Virus record (IMG/VR): IMGVR_UViG_3300018933_000005
Coordinates: 1-60,076 of that record
Length of the DNA stretch: 60,076 bases
Origin: a virus
Lineage: Duplodnaviria > Caudoviricetes
Reading direction: 5' to 3' (one strand)
The position numbers and the translations under genes are program-made. Shown here in pieces: positions 18,243-27,441 of this stretch. How positions within the stretch are numbered: the stretch's first letter is position 1; each line of letters begins with the position of its first letter. A model generated the notes under the pieces. The model was not told the DNA's origin, did no database searches, and saw only the letters and a list, made by a program, of their open reading frames with translations.

Positions 18243-18512
18243 TCAGGCGGGGGTGAGGGTGAAGCTGGTGATCGCTACGGTCTGACCAGCCAGGTCGGGG
18301 CAGTTCTTGCGCACGAGAGCGTCGCGGAGGACGGCGTGTTCGACCCGCTCCTTCAGGTCGAACTGACCCCAGACGCGGCGCGTGCGCGTCGTCTCATAGC
18401 CAGCCGTGGCCCGGAGCCGGGGCGGGGTGTGGTCGGGGATGTAGACGCTCGGGAAGCTGACGGTGAGGTCGTAGTCGTAGCGGCCGGGCTCGACGGTCTC
18501 GGTGCTGGGCAT
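18243..18512 (-). CDS. Hypothetical protein
   Basis: GAGAGGA RBS; 89 aa. Confidence 0.6.
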   Translation of the reverse strand: MPSTETVEPGRYDYDLTVSFPSVYIPDHTPPRLRATAGYETTRTRRVWGQFDLKERVEHAVLRDALVRKNCPDLAGQTVAITSFTLTPA

Positions 18513-18534
18513 GGCGTTCGATGTCCTCTCGGGG

Positions 18535-18753
18535 TCAGGTGGTGGTGTGGTGGCGGTCGCGGGGCGGGGTGCTGGTGCGGGTGATGCGCTGCTCGTCGAG
18601 CCAGCCGTCAGCAGCGACGGCGACGACGACGAGTCCGGCGATGGCCAGGCGGATGCCGAGGTCGGGCATCAGGCCGACGAACCAGGCCAGGCCGGCGACC
18701 AGCAGCGCCAGGCGGGCCCGCGTCAGGCCGATGAGGAGTCCGATGGAGGTCAC
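18535..18753 (-). CDS. Small two-TM membrane protein (Spd-like)
   Basis: GTG 18753; LALLVAGLAWFVGL and LAIAGLVVVAVAA. Confidence 0.6.
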   Translation of the reverse strand: MTSIGLLIGLTRARLALLVAGLAWFVGLMPDLGIRLAIAGLVVVAVAADGWLDEQRITRTSTPPRDRHHTTT

Positions 18754-18938
18754 GACGGCTCCTCGATGCAGTAGCCGAGGATCCGCATGGCGGTGTGCTG
18801 GCTGTAGTCGCCGGACCGGGCGCACAGGTCGTCGGCGGGCTTCTGGTTGCCGGCGTTGAGCTGCTCGGCGGCCGAGCGGATCTCGGCCTCGGTCGGGATG
18901 TAGCCCTGCAGCTTGGGCTTGCGGCTGAACAGGCCCAT
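18750..18938 (-). CDS. Hypothetical protein (MGLFSRKPK...)
   Basis: ATG 18938 after AAAGGGGG. Confidence 0.6.
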   Translation of the reverse strand: MGLFSRKPKLQGYIPTEAEIRSAAEQLNAGNQKPADDLCARSGDYSQHTAMRILGYCIEEPS

Positions 18939-19025
18939 GAGGGCCCCCTTTCGGGTCGATGCGGGTGGGGTGGTGCTGGCGGTTCTCCGCGGGGCCCGGA
19001 TCGGGCCGGGCCCCACAGGCAGCCG

Positions 19026-19148
19026 TCAGGCGCCTCGGCAGCGCTTGCCGGCACAGATCCACTTCTTGAAGCCGAGGAGCGTCCGCTCCTTCTTCAGCGG
19101 CCCCTCCGAGCCGCAGATCCAGCAGCGCTTCTCGTCCTTCTTGGCCAT
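19026..19148 (-). CDS. 40-aa Cys-rich (Zn-ribbon-like) microprotein
   Basis: Manual: MAKKDEKRCWICGSEGPLKKERTLLGFKKWICAGKRCRGA with GAGGAG RBS. Confidence 0.6.
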   Translation of the reverse strand: MAKKDEKRCWICGSEGPLKKERTLLGFKKWICAGKRCRGA

Positions 19149-19172
19149 CTCGGGCTCCTCTCTGGTGGGTGG

Positions 19173-19415
19173 TCAGCGGTGGCGGAGGCGGTGGACGCGC
19201 TCGTAGTTGCCGTCGGCGGCGGCGACCCGGCGGCCGTACTCGGTGATCTCCTCGTCGCGGCGGGCGCCGCCGGAGCGGGTCAGGGCGGCGAGGGTGCCGG
19301 TCCGGAACACCTCGGCGGCGTCGCGGTCGCCGTTCTCGATGGCCTCACGGATGTTGCGGGTGATGGTGCGGTGACCCTTGGCCTCGGCCGCCAGGTCACG
19401 GATGCGGTCCAGCAC
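19173..19415 (-). CDS. Hypothetical protein
   Basis: GAGAGGAG RBS, 80 aa. Confidence 0.6.
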   Translation of the reverse strand: MLDRIRDLAAEAKGHRTITRNIREAIENGDRDAAEVFRTGTLAALTRSGGARRDEEITEYGRRVAAADGNYERVHRLRHR

Positions 19416-19431
19416 GGCGGTCTCCTCTCGG

Positions 19432-19674
19432 TCAGCGGGTCAGGAAGGCGTAGGGATTGCGGCCACTGGCGCGCTTCAGGAAGTCCTTGAGGGGGTTCAG
19501 GACGTAGCCCATGCCGTCGGAGCGCAGCTCATCGACAGCGGCACGCATCTCGGCCTCGCTGTACTGGCCGGCGTTCAGCAGCCGCTCGTAGGCCATGTCC
19601 CGGGGGTATCCCGCCTGCTCGTCGTGGACGGCGAGCAGACCCTGAATCAGCTTGTTGACGCGGGCGTTAGGCAT
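19432..19674 (-). CDS. Hypothetical protein
   Basis: ATG 19674 after GAGAGGACA. Confidence 0.6.
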   Translation of the reverse strand: MPNARVNKLIQGLLAVHDEQAGYPRDMAYERLLNAGQYSEAEMRAAVDELRSDGMGYVLNPLKDFLKRASGRNPYAFLTR

Positions 19675-19771
19675 GTGAGGTGTCCTCTCATCTCGGTGGT
19701 GGTCCGGGCGGGCTGCCCGGCTCCCTGCGACCCCGCCCGGACGGCACACGGCCGGGCGAGGGAGGCAGCCG

Positions 19772-20200
19772 TCAGCGGCGGACGAGCTCGCGGGCGGTGT
19801 CGCGGTCGCCGACGAGGCGGGCGACCTGGTCCTCCAGCGCTTTGAGTGCCTTGTCGTGCCGGCGGCGGCGCTTCCGGTCCGGCTCGTCGGCGTCGATGTC
19901 TCCGGCCAGGTAGTCGGCGAGGGTCTGGTGCTTCGGCTTCTCCGTCAGCGGCCCGTGTCGCAGCCACGCCCCCGCGGCGCTGACGGCACCGCACATCGGG
20001 TCGCCGGTGGCCCGGCTCCGCCGGGTGAACACCCACGGCACCGCGAGCTTCCGGTCGCCGGTGGGGAGCCGGAACGTCTCCACCGAGTAGTAGATGCGGC
20101 CCAATTGCACGGAGCGGGAGAACTTCGCGGCCTCCCGCTGGGCCCCGTGACGGGCACGGGCAGTGGTCAGCACGTCGTCGACGCGGTCGATGAACCCCAT
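19772..20200 (-). CDS. Hypothetical protein
   Basis: 142 aa, TGATG-coupled to the upstream gene. Confidence 0.6.
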   Translation of the reverse strand: MGFIDRVDDVLTTARARHGAQREAAKFSRSVQLGRIYYSVETFRLPTGDRKLAVPWVFTRRSRATGDPMCGAVSAAGAWLRHGPLTEKPKHQTLADYLAGDIDADEPDRKRRRRHDKALKALEDQVARLVGDRDTARELVRR

Positions 20201-20385
20201 CAGTCGCGCTCCTCACCGTTGAGGAGGGCGGCGGCGAACCGGTCGCGGTCCTGCTGGGTGCCGTACACCAGGGCGGTGGCGATCTCCTCGGCCGCCGTCT
20301 CGTGGTCGCCCTGGCGGGTCGCGGTGTCGGCCCGCTCGAAAGCGGCCTGGACACCCGGCGAGTAGCCGGAGTAGTCGCGGTCCAT
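20200..20385 (-). CDS. Hypothetical protein
   Basis: ATG 20385 after GAGAGGACA. Confidence 0.6.
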   Translation of the reverse strand: MDRDYSGYSPGVQAAFERADTATRQGDHETAAEEIATALVYGTQQDRDRFAAALLNGEERD

Positions 20386-20479
20386 GTGATGTCCTCTCAG
20401 TGGTCGTCTCGGTGGGCGGTCCGGGGCTGTCCCGGCTCCCCGCCCCCGCCCGGTCACGACGGGCAGGGACAGGCAGCCG

Positions 20480-20950
20480 TCAGGCCGCGGGCCCGTACTC
20501 GCGGGCGAACGCAGCGGCCTCGGCCAGCAGGCCGCGGACCTCCTCGAACGTCCGGCCGCGCCTCTCCGACCACGAGCCCGGGTCGGCGTGGGTCGCGCCG
20601 GTCCGCATCCGCAGCACGCTCTCCATGCACCGCTTGGCCGCGAGCCGTGAGTCGTCGTCGCCGTCCTCAGCGGGCACCAGGAGCATCGCCTCGTCCACGG
20701 TCAGCGGGCCGCGCACGGGCCCGTACAGGAAGCGGACCAGGCTCTTGATCACGTCGCGCAGCCCGGCCGACTCGTCGAGCTCGGGCTCGGCGCTGGTCCG
20801 GGTCCAGCCGCGCTTGTCCAGCAGCGCCAGGACGGACTCCAGGTGGTGGGCGGCGTCGGCGCCGGTCACGATCTCGCCGGACAGGCCGCGCCAGTGCATC
20901 TCGGCGGCGACATCCTCGGCCGTCGGCCGGGTCAGGGTCTCGATGGTCAT
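20480..20950 (-). CDS. Hypothetical protein (DUF6197-like, possible paralog of 14013)
   Basis: LLDKRGWT...WSERRGRTFEEV..LL..AA. Confidence 0.6.
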   Translation of the reverse strand: MTIETLTRPTAEDVAAEMHWRGLSGEIVTGADAAHHLESVLALLDKRGWTRTSAEPELDESAGLRDVIKSLVRFLYGPVRGPLTVDEAMLLVPAEDGDDDSRLAAKRCMESVLRMRTGATHADPGSWSERRGRTFEEVRGLLAEAAAFAREYGPAA

Positions 20951-21050
20951 CAGGTGTCCTCTCGAATCGGGTGGTGGTCCGGGGCTGTCCCGGCTCCCCA
21001 CGGCCCCGGGGGCAGGCCCGGGACCGCAGGCAGCCGTCAGGCGGCGGGGG

Positions 21051-21152
21051 TCAGTGCTTGACCGGGCAGCGGGTGCGGGAGTCGTCGACCCAGGTGCCGC
21101 AGATCCAGCAGAACCAGCGGCAGGCGACGAGCCGCCCCAGCCGGGCGCTCAC
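21051..21152 (-). CDS. 33-aa Cys/His-rich microprotein
   Basis: Manual: MSARLGRLVACRWFCWICGTWVDDSRTRCPVKH; GTGA-coupled. Confidence 0.5.
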   Translation of the reverse strand: MSARLGRLVACRWFCWICGTWVDDSRTRCPVKH

Positions 21153-21334
21153 CGCGGCACCCCCTCGGGCTGGGCGGTGTTCGCGGCGGCGGTGCCATAG
21201 GCGTCCCGGGCGGCGTCCTGCCACAGCGGCAGGCTGTACGGCTCCGGGCCGGCGGCCAGCTCCACGATCCGGGCGACGAGGTTGTCGCCCCGGGCCTGCT
21301 CCTCGCAGGCCAGCGCCTCACACGGCCCGCTCAC
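21149..21334 (-). CDS. Hypothetical protein
   Basis: GTGA-coupled on both sides. Confidence 0.5.
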   Translation of the reverse strand: MSGPCEALACEEQARGDNLVARIVELAAGPEPYSLPLWQDAARDAYGTAAANTAQPEGVPR

Positions 21335-21612
21335 GCCGCGACCCGCTCGGTGCCGTCGGTGCACAGTTCGACCGCGAGGTCCTCGCCCGGGTAGGCGGCG
21401 TCGTACCGGGTGGCCTCCGCGATCGCCGCCGTCAGGCCGTCCTCGTCGCCGACCGCGAACGCCGCGTAGTAGCGGGTCACGATCCGGGCCCGCTCCTCGT
21501 CCTGCGCGTAGGCCATGTCGATCTCGGCCTGGGTCACGGAGGTCAGCGCCCGCCGGCGGGACGCCAGGTCGGAGACGGTGACGAGATCGGCGTCAAACAG
21601 ATCGATGGACAT
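21331..21612 (-). CDS. Hypothetical protein
   Basis: ATG 21612 after GAAAGGA. Confidence 0.6.
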   Translation of the reverse strand: MSIDLFDADLVTVSDLASRRRALTSVTQAEIDMAYAQDEERARIVTRYYAAFAVGDEDGLTAAIAEATRYDAAYPGEDLAVELCTDGTERVAA

Positions 21613-21729
21613 GTGGGTTCCTTTCGGGATCAATGGGGCGGTGGAGGGGTGCGAGGGGCCGCGCCCGCGAGGCCGCAGGGGAGGACAAACCCCGCGGACG
21701 CGGCAGTCAGGGGAAGATCAGGGAGGGGG

Positions 21730-22170
21730 TCAGGCCCGCGGCGAGGGCAGGCCGACCAGCATCCGGGCCATGGCGCGGATGCTGGCCGCGTGCGCGACGA
21801 GCTGGTCGGCGAACGCCAGGGCGGCACCGGACGCCAGCTCAGCGGAAGCGCCGTCGCCGGGGGCGTCGAGCATCAGGAACGGCCGGCCGCCGTGCCACTG
21901 GGCGATCTCCGCCGCCAGCACCTCGCAGAACCCGGTGGACGACTCGGGCGCGGTTAGGGTCTCCATCCGCCCCCGGTGCAGCACGTCCGACAGGAAGGCG
22001 TAGCGCTGGGTGTGCGGCTCCATGCACCAGACGGGGCACGGGATCTCGACCTCGACGCCGGCTACGGACACACGGACCGGGCGGGCAACGAGGGAGAAAG
22101 CGATCGGGGCGTCGGAGTCGACGCTGAACGCGGGGCGCTCGGGCGCACCGCTAGACTGCGGCTTAGCCAT
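21730..22170 (-). CDS. Hypothetical protein (DUF6907-like), first gene of the transfer operon
   Basis: CPVWC..H....D..H motif. Confidence 0.65.
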   Translation of the reverse strand: MAKPQSSGAPERPAFSVDSDAPIAFSLVARPVRVSVAGVEVEIPCPVWCMEPHTQRYAFLSDVLHRGRMETLTAPESSTGFCEVLAAEIAQWHGGRPFLMLDAPGDGASAELASGAALAFADQLVAHAASIRAMARMLVGLPSPRA

Positions 22171-22298
22171 CAGGGGGACCTTTCGGAGAGATCCTGGTGG
22201 TCAGGGCCGGCCGACGAGGTAGGAGTCGTCGAGTCCGGCCCGATTCAGTTGTGCAGCAGCCCCCGCGGACAAAGTCCGGTAGGAGTGGGAGCCGCCTT

Positions 22299-22380
22299 TC
22301 AAGCTCTGATTTGAACCTAGCCCCTCGCTTCCGGGAGTGTCAAGACGGAGCTTGAAAGTCATGTCGCGCGCCCCTACCCT
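22299..22380. promoter_or_regulatory. Divergent promoters with two palindromic operators
   Basis: Minus TTGACA-N18-TAGGTT (22343-22314); plus TTGAAA-N17-TACCCT (22352-22380); TCAAG-N6-YTTGA at 22299 and 22340. Confidence 0.7.
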
Positions 22381-22386
22381 CAGGGC

Positions 22387-22641
22387 ATGACCAGCCTCCT
22401 CGACACCGCAGCCGCCGCGACCGCACCCCTCGACAGCGCCCTCGGCGACATCGACGAACCCGTCGAGCGGTACGAGGCGATCCGCGAGCTGGAGGATCAC
22501 TTCGAGCGCTTCATCAAGGGGCAACTCCAGAAAACCGCCCTCTGGATGAAGCACGAGCGCGGCATGACCTGGCGAGAGATCGGCGAAGTCATGGGCGGGG
22601 TCACGGCCCAGAGAGCTGAGCAGATCTCCCGCGGCGTATGA
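22387..22641 (+). CDS. Small HTH regulator (probably leaderless)
   Basis: GMTWREIGEVMGGVTAQRAEQI. Confidence 0.8.
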   Translation: MTSLLDTAAAATAPLDSALGDIDEPVERYEAIRELEDHFERFIKGQLQKTALWMKHERGMTWREIGEVMGGVTAQRAEQISRGV

Positions 22642-22773
22642 AGGGGAGTGCGCCATGCCTCCGAGTCAACGCCCGGCTGCGCCGTGTCACCATGAGCGGC
22701 CGGTGCAGTGCCAGCGCACCGGCAGTGCAGCCGTAGTGCAGTAGGCCGACGACCACCCCCGGGAGGGGCCACA

Positions 22774-23813
<1,040 letters not shown>

Positions 23814-23821
23814 GCAGACGC

Positions 23822-23863
23822 GACGAAGCCCCCGTCCGGGACCACCCGGGCGGGGGCTTCGTC
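23822..23863. terminator. Bidirectional hairpin terminator
   Basis: GACGAAGCCCCCG...CGGGGGCTTCGTC between convergent genes. Confidence 0.75.
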
Positions 23864-23866
23864 ATG

Positions 23867-24106
23867 TCAGCGGGTCCGCTTGGACAAGCTGATGGATTTG
23901 TCGATCTCCCTCAGGCCGTTCATGAGGATGCCGGTCGCTTCTTCCGTCCATCCTCCGATGCTCGCTAGGCGGGCTTCGATCCGGTCGAGACGTTCGGCGA
24001 GGGCGAGGAGGGCGTGCGTCTGGGCGGCTCCTGCGGTCACGGGATCGCCGTTCCGGATGGCCTCCTTTGCAAGCTCGCTGGCGAGCGTGTAGTTGCTGGC
24101 TTCCAC
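23867..24106 (-). CDS. Hypothetical coiled-coil protein
   Basis: GTG 24106 after GAAAGGGG. Confidence 0.6.
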   Translation of the reverse strand: MEASNYTLASELAKEAIRNGDPVTAGAAQTHALLALAERLDRIEARLASIGGWTEEATGILMNGLREIDKSISLSKRTR

Positions 24107-24574
24107 GGTTCCCCTTTCCGTGTCTGGCTGCCGGTCGGGGATGACGGTGCCGGGCTGTGGGCCGGCGGGCAATGGGGCGTTTTCGACCCTTCCGATGCGA
24201 GACACAAACACCGATCGAAATCGGCCACTTTTGAGAGCGTTATTCACTGGCATACGGCAGCTTCCGCCGTGTCTCCGTGGCGCACACAGGGGTGTGTACG
24301 CCAGTGCAAGCGGGCTGGTCAGGGAATCTCGCTCAGGCAAACTGGCAGGTCAAGTACCCTGATTGAGCTTGCTCACGGGCTGTTTTGTCTCAAGTCGATG
24401 GTGGCGCATCCTGCCCTCTAGCGGTCCGTGGCCGGAACGGATCCGTTGTAGCGTCCTGATCGTCGCTGTCACCCAGACAGCACAACGGCCGGGCGTGCCA
24501 CCGCCCGGCCGTCGCAAGTCCCAGCGGGCCCTACCCCGCTGGTCAAACGAGTCCCAGCTAGAGAGAGGACTGTT

Positions 24575-24814
24575 GTGAGTCCCATCGTATCCACAGGTGG
24601 TGGCAAGCTTTCCCGGAGGAAAGTTTGCCACCACGGTGAGCCCTCCACCGGATCGTCCCGGTCGCGCCTGGCTGCTGCCGGGGTGATCGCGGTCGCCTCG
24701 CTGGTCCCGGTCTTCATGCCGGCGTTGGAGGTCCGGCCGCAGCCGGAGGTGAACGTCCAGGTGCACCAGGTGTGCACGGCGGAGGGCAACGCCGTCTGCC
24801 GGTTCGAGCGCTAG
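24575..24814 (+). CDS. Small putative membrane/secreted protein
   Basis: GAGAGGA RBS; hydrophobic LAAAGVIAVASLVPVFM. Confidence 0.45.
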   Translation: MSPIVSTGGGKLSRRKVCHHGEPSTGSSRSRLAAAGVIAVASLVPVFMPALEVRPQPEVNVQVHQVCTAEGNAVCRFER

Positions 24815-24820
24815 CGGTAT

Positions 24821-24859
24821 GACGACGGCCCCCGCCCAGAACGGGCGGGGGCCGTCGTC
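24821..24859. terminator. Bidirectional hairpin terminator
   Basis: GACGACGGCCCCCGCCC...GGGCGGGGGCCGTCGTC. Confidence 0.75.
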
Positions 24860-24865
24860 GTGTGC

Positions 24866-25114
24866 TCAGCCGAGGTAGTCGATCTGCAGCACGGTGACGG
24901 TCTTCGAGGTGTGGCCGACCAGGAGAAGCGCGGTGACATCCTCCGTGACGATTCTGCGTATGACCTCGTTCTCGACCTCTCCGTAGGGCCGAGTGGTACC
25001 GATGGGGTCCTCGCAGGCATCAGCGAGGGCCAGCGTGAGCTGCTCGCTGGCGCGCTGCGGAAGGGCGTCGTAGACAGCCTCCGCGGCCGGGTCGTACTTC
25101 AGTCTGTAGGTCAC
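24866..25114 (-). CDS. RelE/ParE-like putative toxin
   Basis: MTYRLKYDPAAEAVYDALP...DP....YG...VTVLQI pattern. Confidence 0.55.
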   Translation of the reverse strand: MTYRLKYDPAAEAVYDALPQRASEQLTLALADACEDPIGTTRPYGEVENEVIRRIVTEDVTALLLVGHTSKTVTVLQIDYLG

Positions 25115-25230
25115 GTCCGCTTCCTTGCGTCCCGTTCCACCCGGTCTTTCAGCCGGTTTCCTGCTGTCCCCTCGACACCCTGAGGCAACAGCGTAGCCGC
25201 TCCGGGACGCTGCGTGACCTGCTTGTCTGA

Positions 25231-25518
25231 TTAGGCCGCTCCATGTGCGCGGATGCTCACGGCTTCGCGCTGGACGCGGTCGGTGGCGTCGATCCACTCG
25301 CCGGGCGGCTCCTCGCCGCGGGCCTCGTACTCGGCCAGCTCACGGCCGCGCTCGACAGCGGCGAGGGTGTTCTTCGCGATGCGTTCCCACTTGGCGAAGA
25401 CCGTCAGCAGCTCGTGGGCCGGCGCGCGGTTGATCTCGGACAGGAAGCGCTGGGCTAGGTCCGGGCTTCCGAGGGCCTCGCGGATGGTCTCGATCGTCCA
25501 CTGCTGCTCGCCGCTCAT
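25231..25518 (-). CDS. Putative antitoxin (DUF6247-like)
   Basis: WTIETIREAL...RF..EI...V..KW; upstream of the RelE-like gene. Confidence 0.5.
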   Translation of the reverse strand: MSGEQQWTIETIREALGSPDLAQRFLSEINRAPAHELLTVFAKWERIAKNTLAAVERGRELAEYEARGEEPPGEWIDATDRVQREAVSIRAHGAA

Positions 25519-25672
25519 AGCCTCAGTCCCAAGATCGCTCGCCCCGTGGTGATATCGGGTTCGAGGGTAGCGGGAAAGTTGCGGGTTGAGTTGTGGAGTA
25601 GTCAACATCTCCCACCCGTACAAGCGTCTTGCTGTACGCCGTCCGGGCCCGTACACCACACGCCTGTACGCC

Positions 25673-25885
25673 TCACGTCCCCGGCAGGGTGTCCTGCTCG
25701 ATGTCCCACCGGCCGCGCCGCGGCGCCGTCCGGAGCGCGAGCTTCTCCCGGCAGTCCTCCCCGAGGCCCCACCGTCGGGCGCGGGGGTCGCGCAACGGCC
25801 GGCCGCACATCCGGCAGACGACGCGCGGGCGCCCCTCACCCGGGCCGGGGGCACCGGGGAGGGGCGCATCGTCGGGGGGCGGCAT
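25673..25885 (-). CDS. Zn-finger protein (DUF6011-like)
   Basis: CRMCGRPLRDP....GLGEDC. Confidence 0.7.
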   Translation of the reverse strand: MPPPDDAPLPGAPGPGEGRPRVVCRMCGRPLRDPRARRWGLGEDCREKLALRTAPRRGRWDIEQDTLPGT

Positions 25886-25889
25886 GCGG

Positions 25890-26150
25890 TCAGGATGTCA
25901 GGCCGGGCGGGCGGGATGTCCGTTCGATCGCCGCGCATTCCAGCGCGTCGGCTTCCTGGTCGATGGCCGCGGCGGCGGTCTCCAGGTCGCATTCGGGGTC
26001 GCCGGCGAGGTTCCGCCACGAGTCGGCGACGGCCCGCAGGTAGGCGACGACCGCGTCGCACGGCATGTACGGCTGCCCGTCGCTGGCGGTCACGATCGGC
26101 AGCCGGGTCACCGCCGGGGAGACGTGCTCGCCGTCCTCGGGATCGGTCAT
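25890..26150 (-). CDS. Hypothetical protein
   Basis: ATG 26150 overlapping the upstream stop. Confidence 0.6.
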   Translation of the reverse strand: MTDPEDGEHVSPAVTRLPIVTASDGQPYMPCDAVVAYLRAVADSWRNLAGDPECDLETAAAAIDQEADALECAAIERTSRPPGLTS

Positions 26151-26788
26151 GCCGCCCTCCGGTCGGCTATGGGCCGCAGGGCCCGGAGTTCGGTGAACCC
26201 GTACTGCCGGCCGCACGAGCAGCGCTTGCCGGGGGTGGAGAGGGTGACGGACAGCGGCCCGCCGCAGTCGGCGCAGGCGAGGGTGACGCGCCGCTCGGGC
26301 CGCTCGCCGGTGATCTGCCCGCGGCAGGCGGCGGTGATCTGCCGGACCTCGGCGTAGAACTCTTCGAACGCCGGGTGGCTGCTAGCCGCCCAGGGGAGGT
26401 TGTTGCGGAGCGCGGCCACGGTCTGGTCGCACTGCTCCTGCAGCCCGCCCGTCCACCGGGGGTGGGTGAAGCCCAGGTGGTCGTGCCAGTCGGCCTGCCA
26501 GGTCTGCAGGATGGTGACGACGCCGCCGCGGGCGGAGAGCGACAGCGGCTCCAGGCGGGCGGGGATGGGGGCGGTGCGGGAGCCGGACACGGCCGGCCCG
26601 CCCGAGCCGCGGCCGGGGACGAGGGCGCCGCGCAGGCGGGCGTACAGCCCGTCCGGGCCCGGGAGCGCGGCGAGGTTGGCGTCGGCCCGCTGCTGGCAGC
26701 GCAGGCACGCCTGACGCCCCAGCTCGTCGGCGAACAGCAGGCTGCCGCAGCAGGTGCAGCGGGGGGCGGTGTCGACGGCGGTGTCCAT
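26147..26788 (-). CDS. Cys-rich protein, candidate late-gene regulator
   Basis: CxxC pairs at both termini; last large gene of the early operon. Confidence 0.55.
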   Translation of the reverse strand: MDTAVDTAPRCTCCGSLLFADELGRQACLRCQQRADANLAALPGPDGLYARLRGALVPGRGSGGPAVSGSRTAPIPARLEPLSLSARGGVVTILQTWQADWHDHLGFTHPRWTGGLQEQCDQTVAALRNNLPWAASSHPAFEEFYAEVRQITAACRGQITGERPERRVTLACADCGGPLSVTLSTPGKRCSCGRQYGFTELRALRPIADRRAA

Positions 26789-26838
26789 GGTGGCTCCTCC
26801 GAATGGTGCGGGCGGTACGGGGTGTGCGGGTGGTGCGG

Positions 26839-27387
26839 TCAGGGCTTCCAGTTGGGGCCGCGGAGGGCGGGCGGAACGTCGGTCATGGGAGTGCCGGGGT
26901 CAAATGCTCGGGCCATGCCAGCGGAGCCTCCCGGGCGGGGGCTGGGCGGTTCGGGCTCGGGCCTGTCGAGACCGGCGAGGATCTCGTCGGTGAGGCCGTA
27001 GCCCTCGGCAAGGGCGAGCAGCGTGGGGCAGTCGTTGATGTGCTCAACTGCGGGGTCTTCGAGTTGGCCGCGGCTTCCGCAGCCTTCACAGGCGGAGGAC
27101 TGCCAAGCGCCGCCATAAGGCGCGTGGTGTTCGAGAATCTTGCGATCGGCTGTGCAGCGGCGGAGGACGGCTGCCGGGTTGTGGTGAGCGATGTGGACGG
27201 CGTCGCTGGTGCAGGCATCAGTGATGTACGCAGCGGCGAAGACAGGTTCGTTGGTTTCGTGGACTTCAAGGACGCCGGGTTCGTCGGTCCGAGAAGGGAC
27301 CGTCTTCCAGGGGCCCTCGGTGGCGAGTCGGGCGATGGCTTCGGTCCGAGTGATCTGCTGCTCGATCCAGCCACGGAGGTCAGTCAT
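26839..27387 (-). CDS. Hypothetical protein (DUF6221-like)
   Basis: EAIAR.AT.GPW...HIAHHNPAAVLRRC.ADR.IL..H...CPTL.ALA..Y. Confidence 0.75.
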   Translation of the reverse strand: MTDLRGWIEQQITRTEAIARLATEGPWKTVPSRTDEPGVLEVHETNEPVFAAAYITDACTSDAVHIAHHNPAAVLRRCTADRKILEHHAPYGGAWQSSACEGCGSRGQLEDPAVEHINDCPTLLALAEGYGLTDEILAGLDRPEPEPPSPRPGGSAGMARAFDPGTPMTDVPPALRGPNWKP

Positions 27388-27441
27388 GGGTAACTCCTGA
27401 CGTGGTACAGGGCCCGGCCGGTGGGGGCGGCCGGGCAGGGA

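Larger units (their letters stand above)
18960..21040 (-). repeat. Four dispersed intergenic hairpin repeats beginning CTGACGGCTGCCT
   Basis: AGGCAGCCGTCAG (+) at 19017, 19763, 20471, 21028; 24-nt identity between 20418-20441 and 20976-20999. Confidence 0.85.

Noticed and set aside
18960-21040. Hairpin repeats as a CRISPR array or hammerhead ribozymes
   Set aside because: Spacing is gene-sized, there are no cas genes, and CUGACGG does not match the hammerhead CUGANGA/GAAA core
21633-21730. Similarity of GGCAGTCAGGGGAAG (about 21702) to GGCAGTTAGGGGAAG (about 47391)
   Set aside because: Only one short pair with no clear shared context
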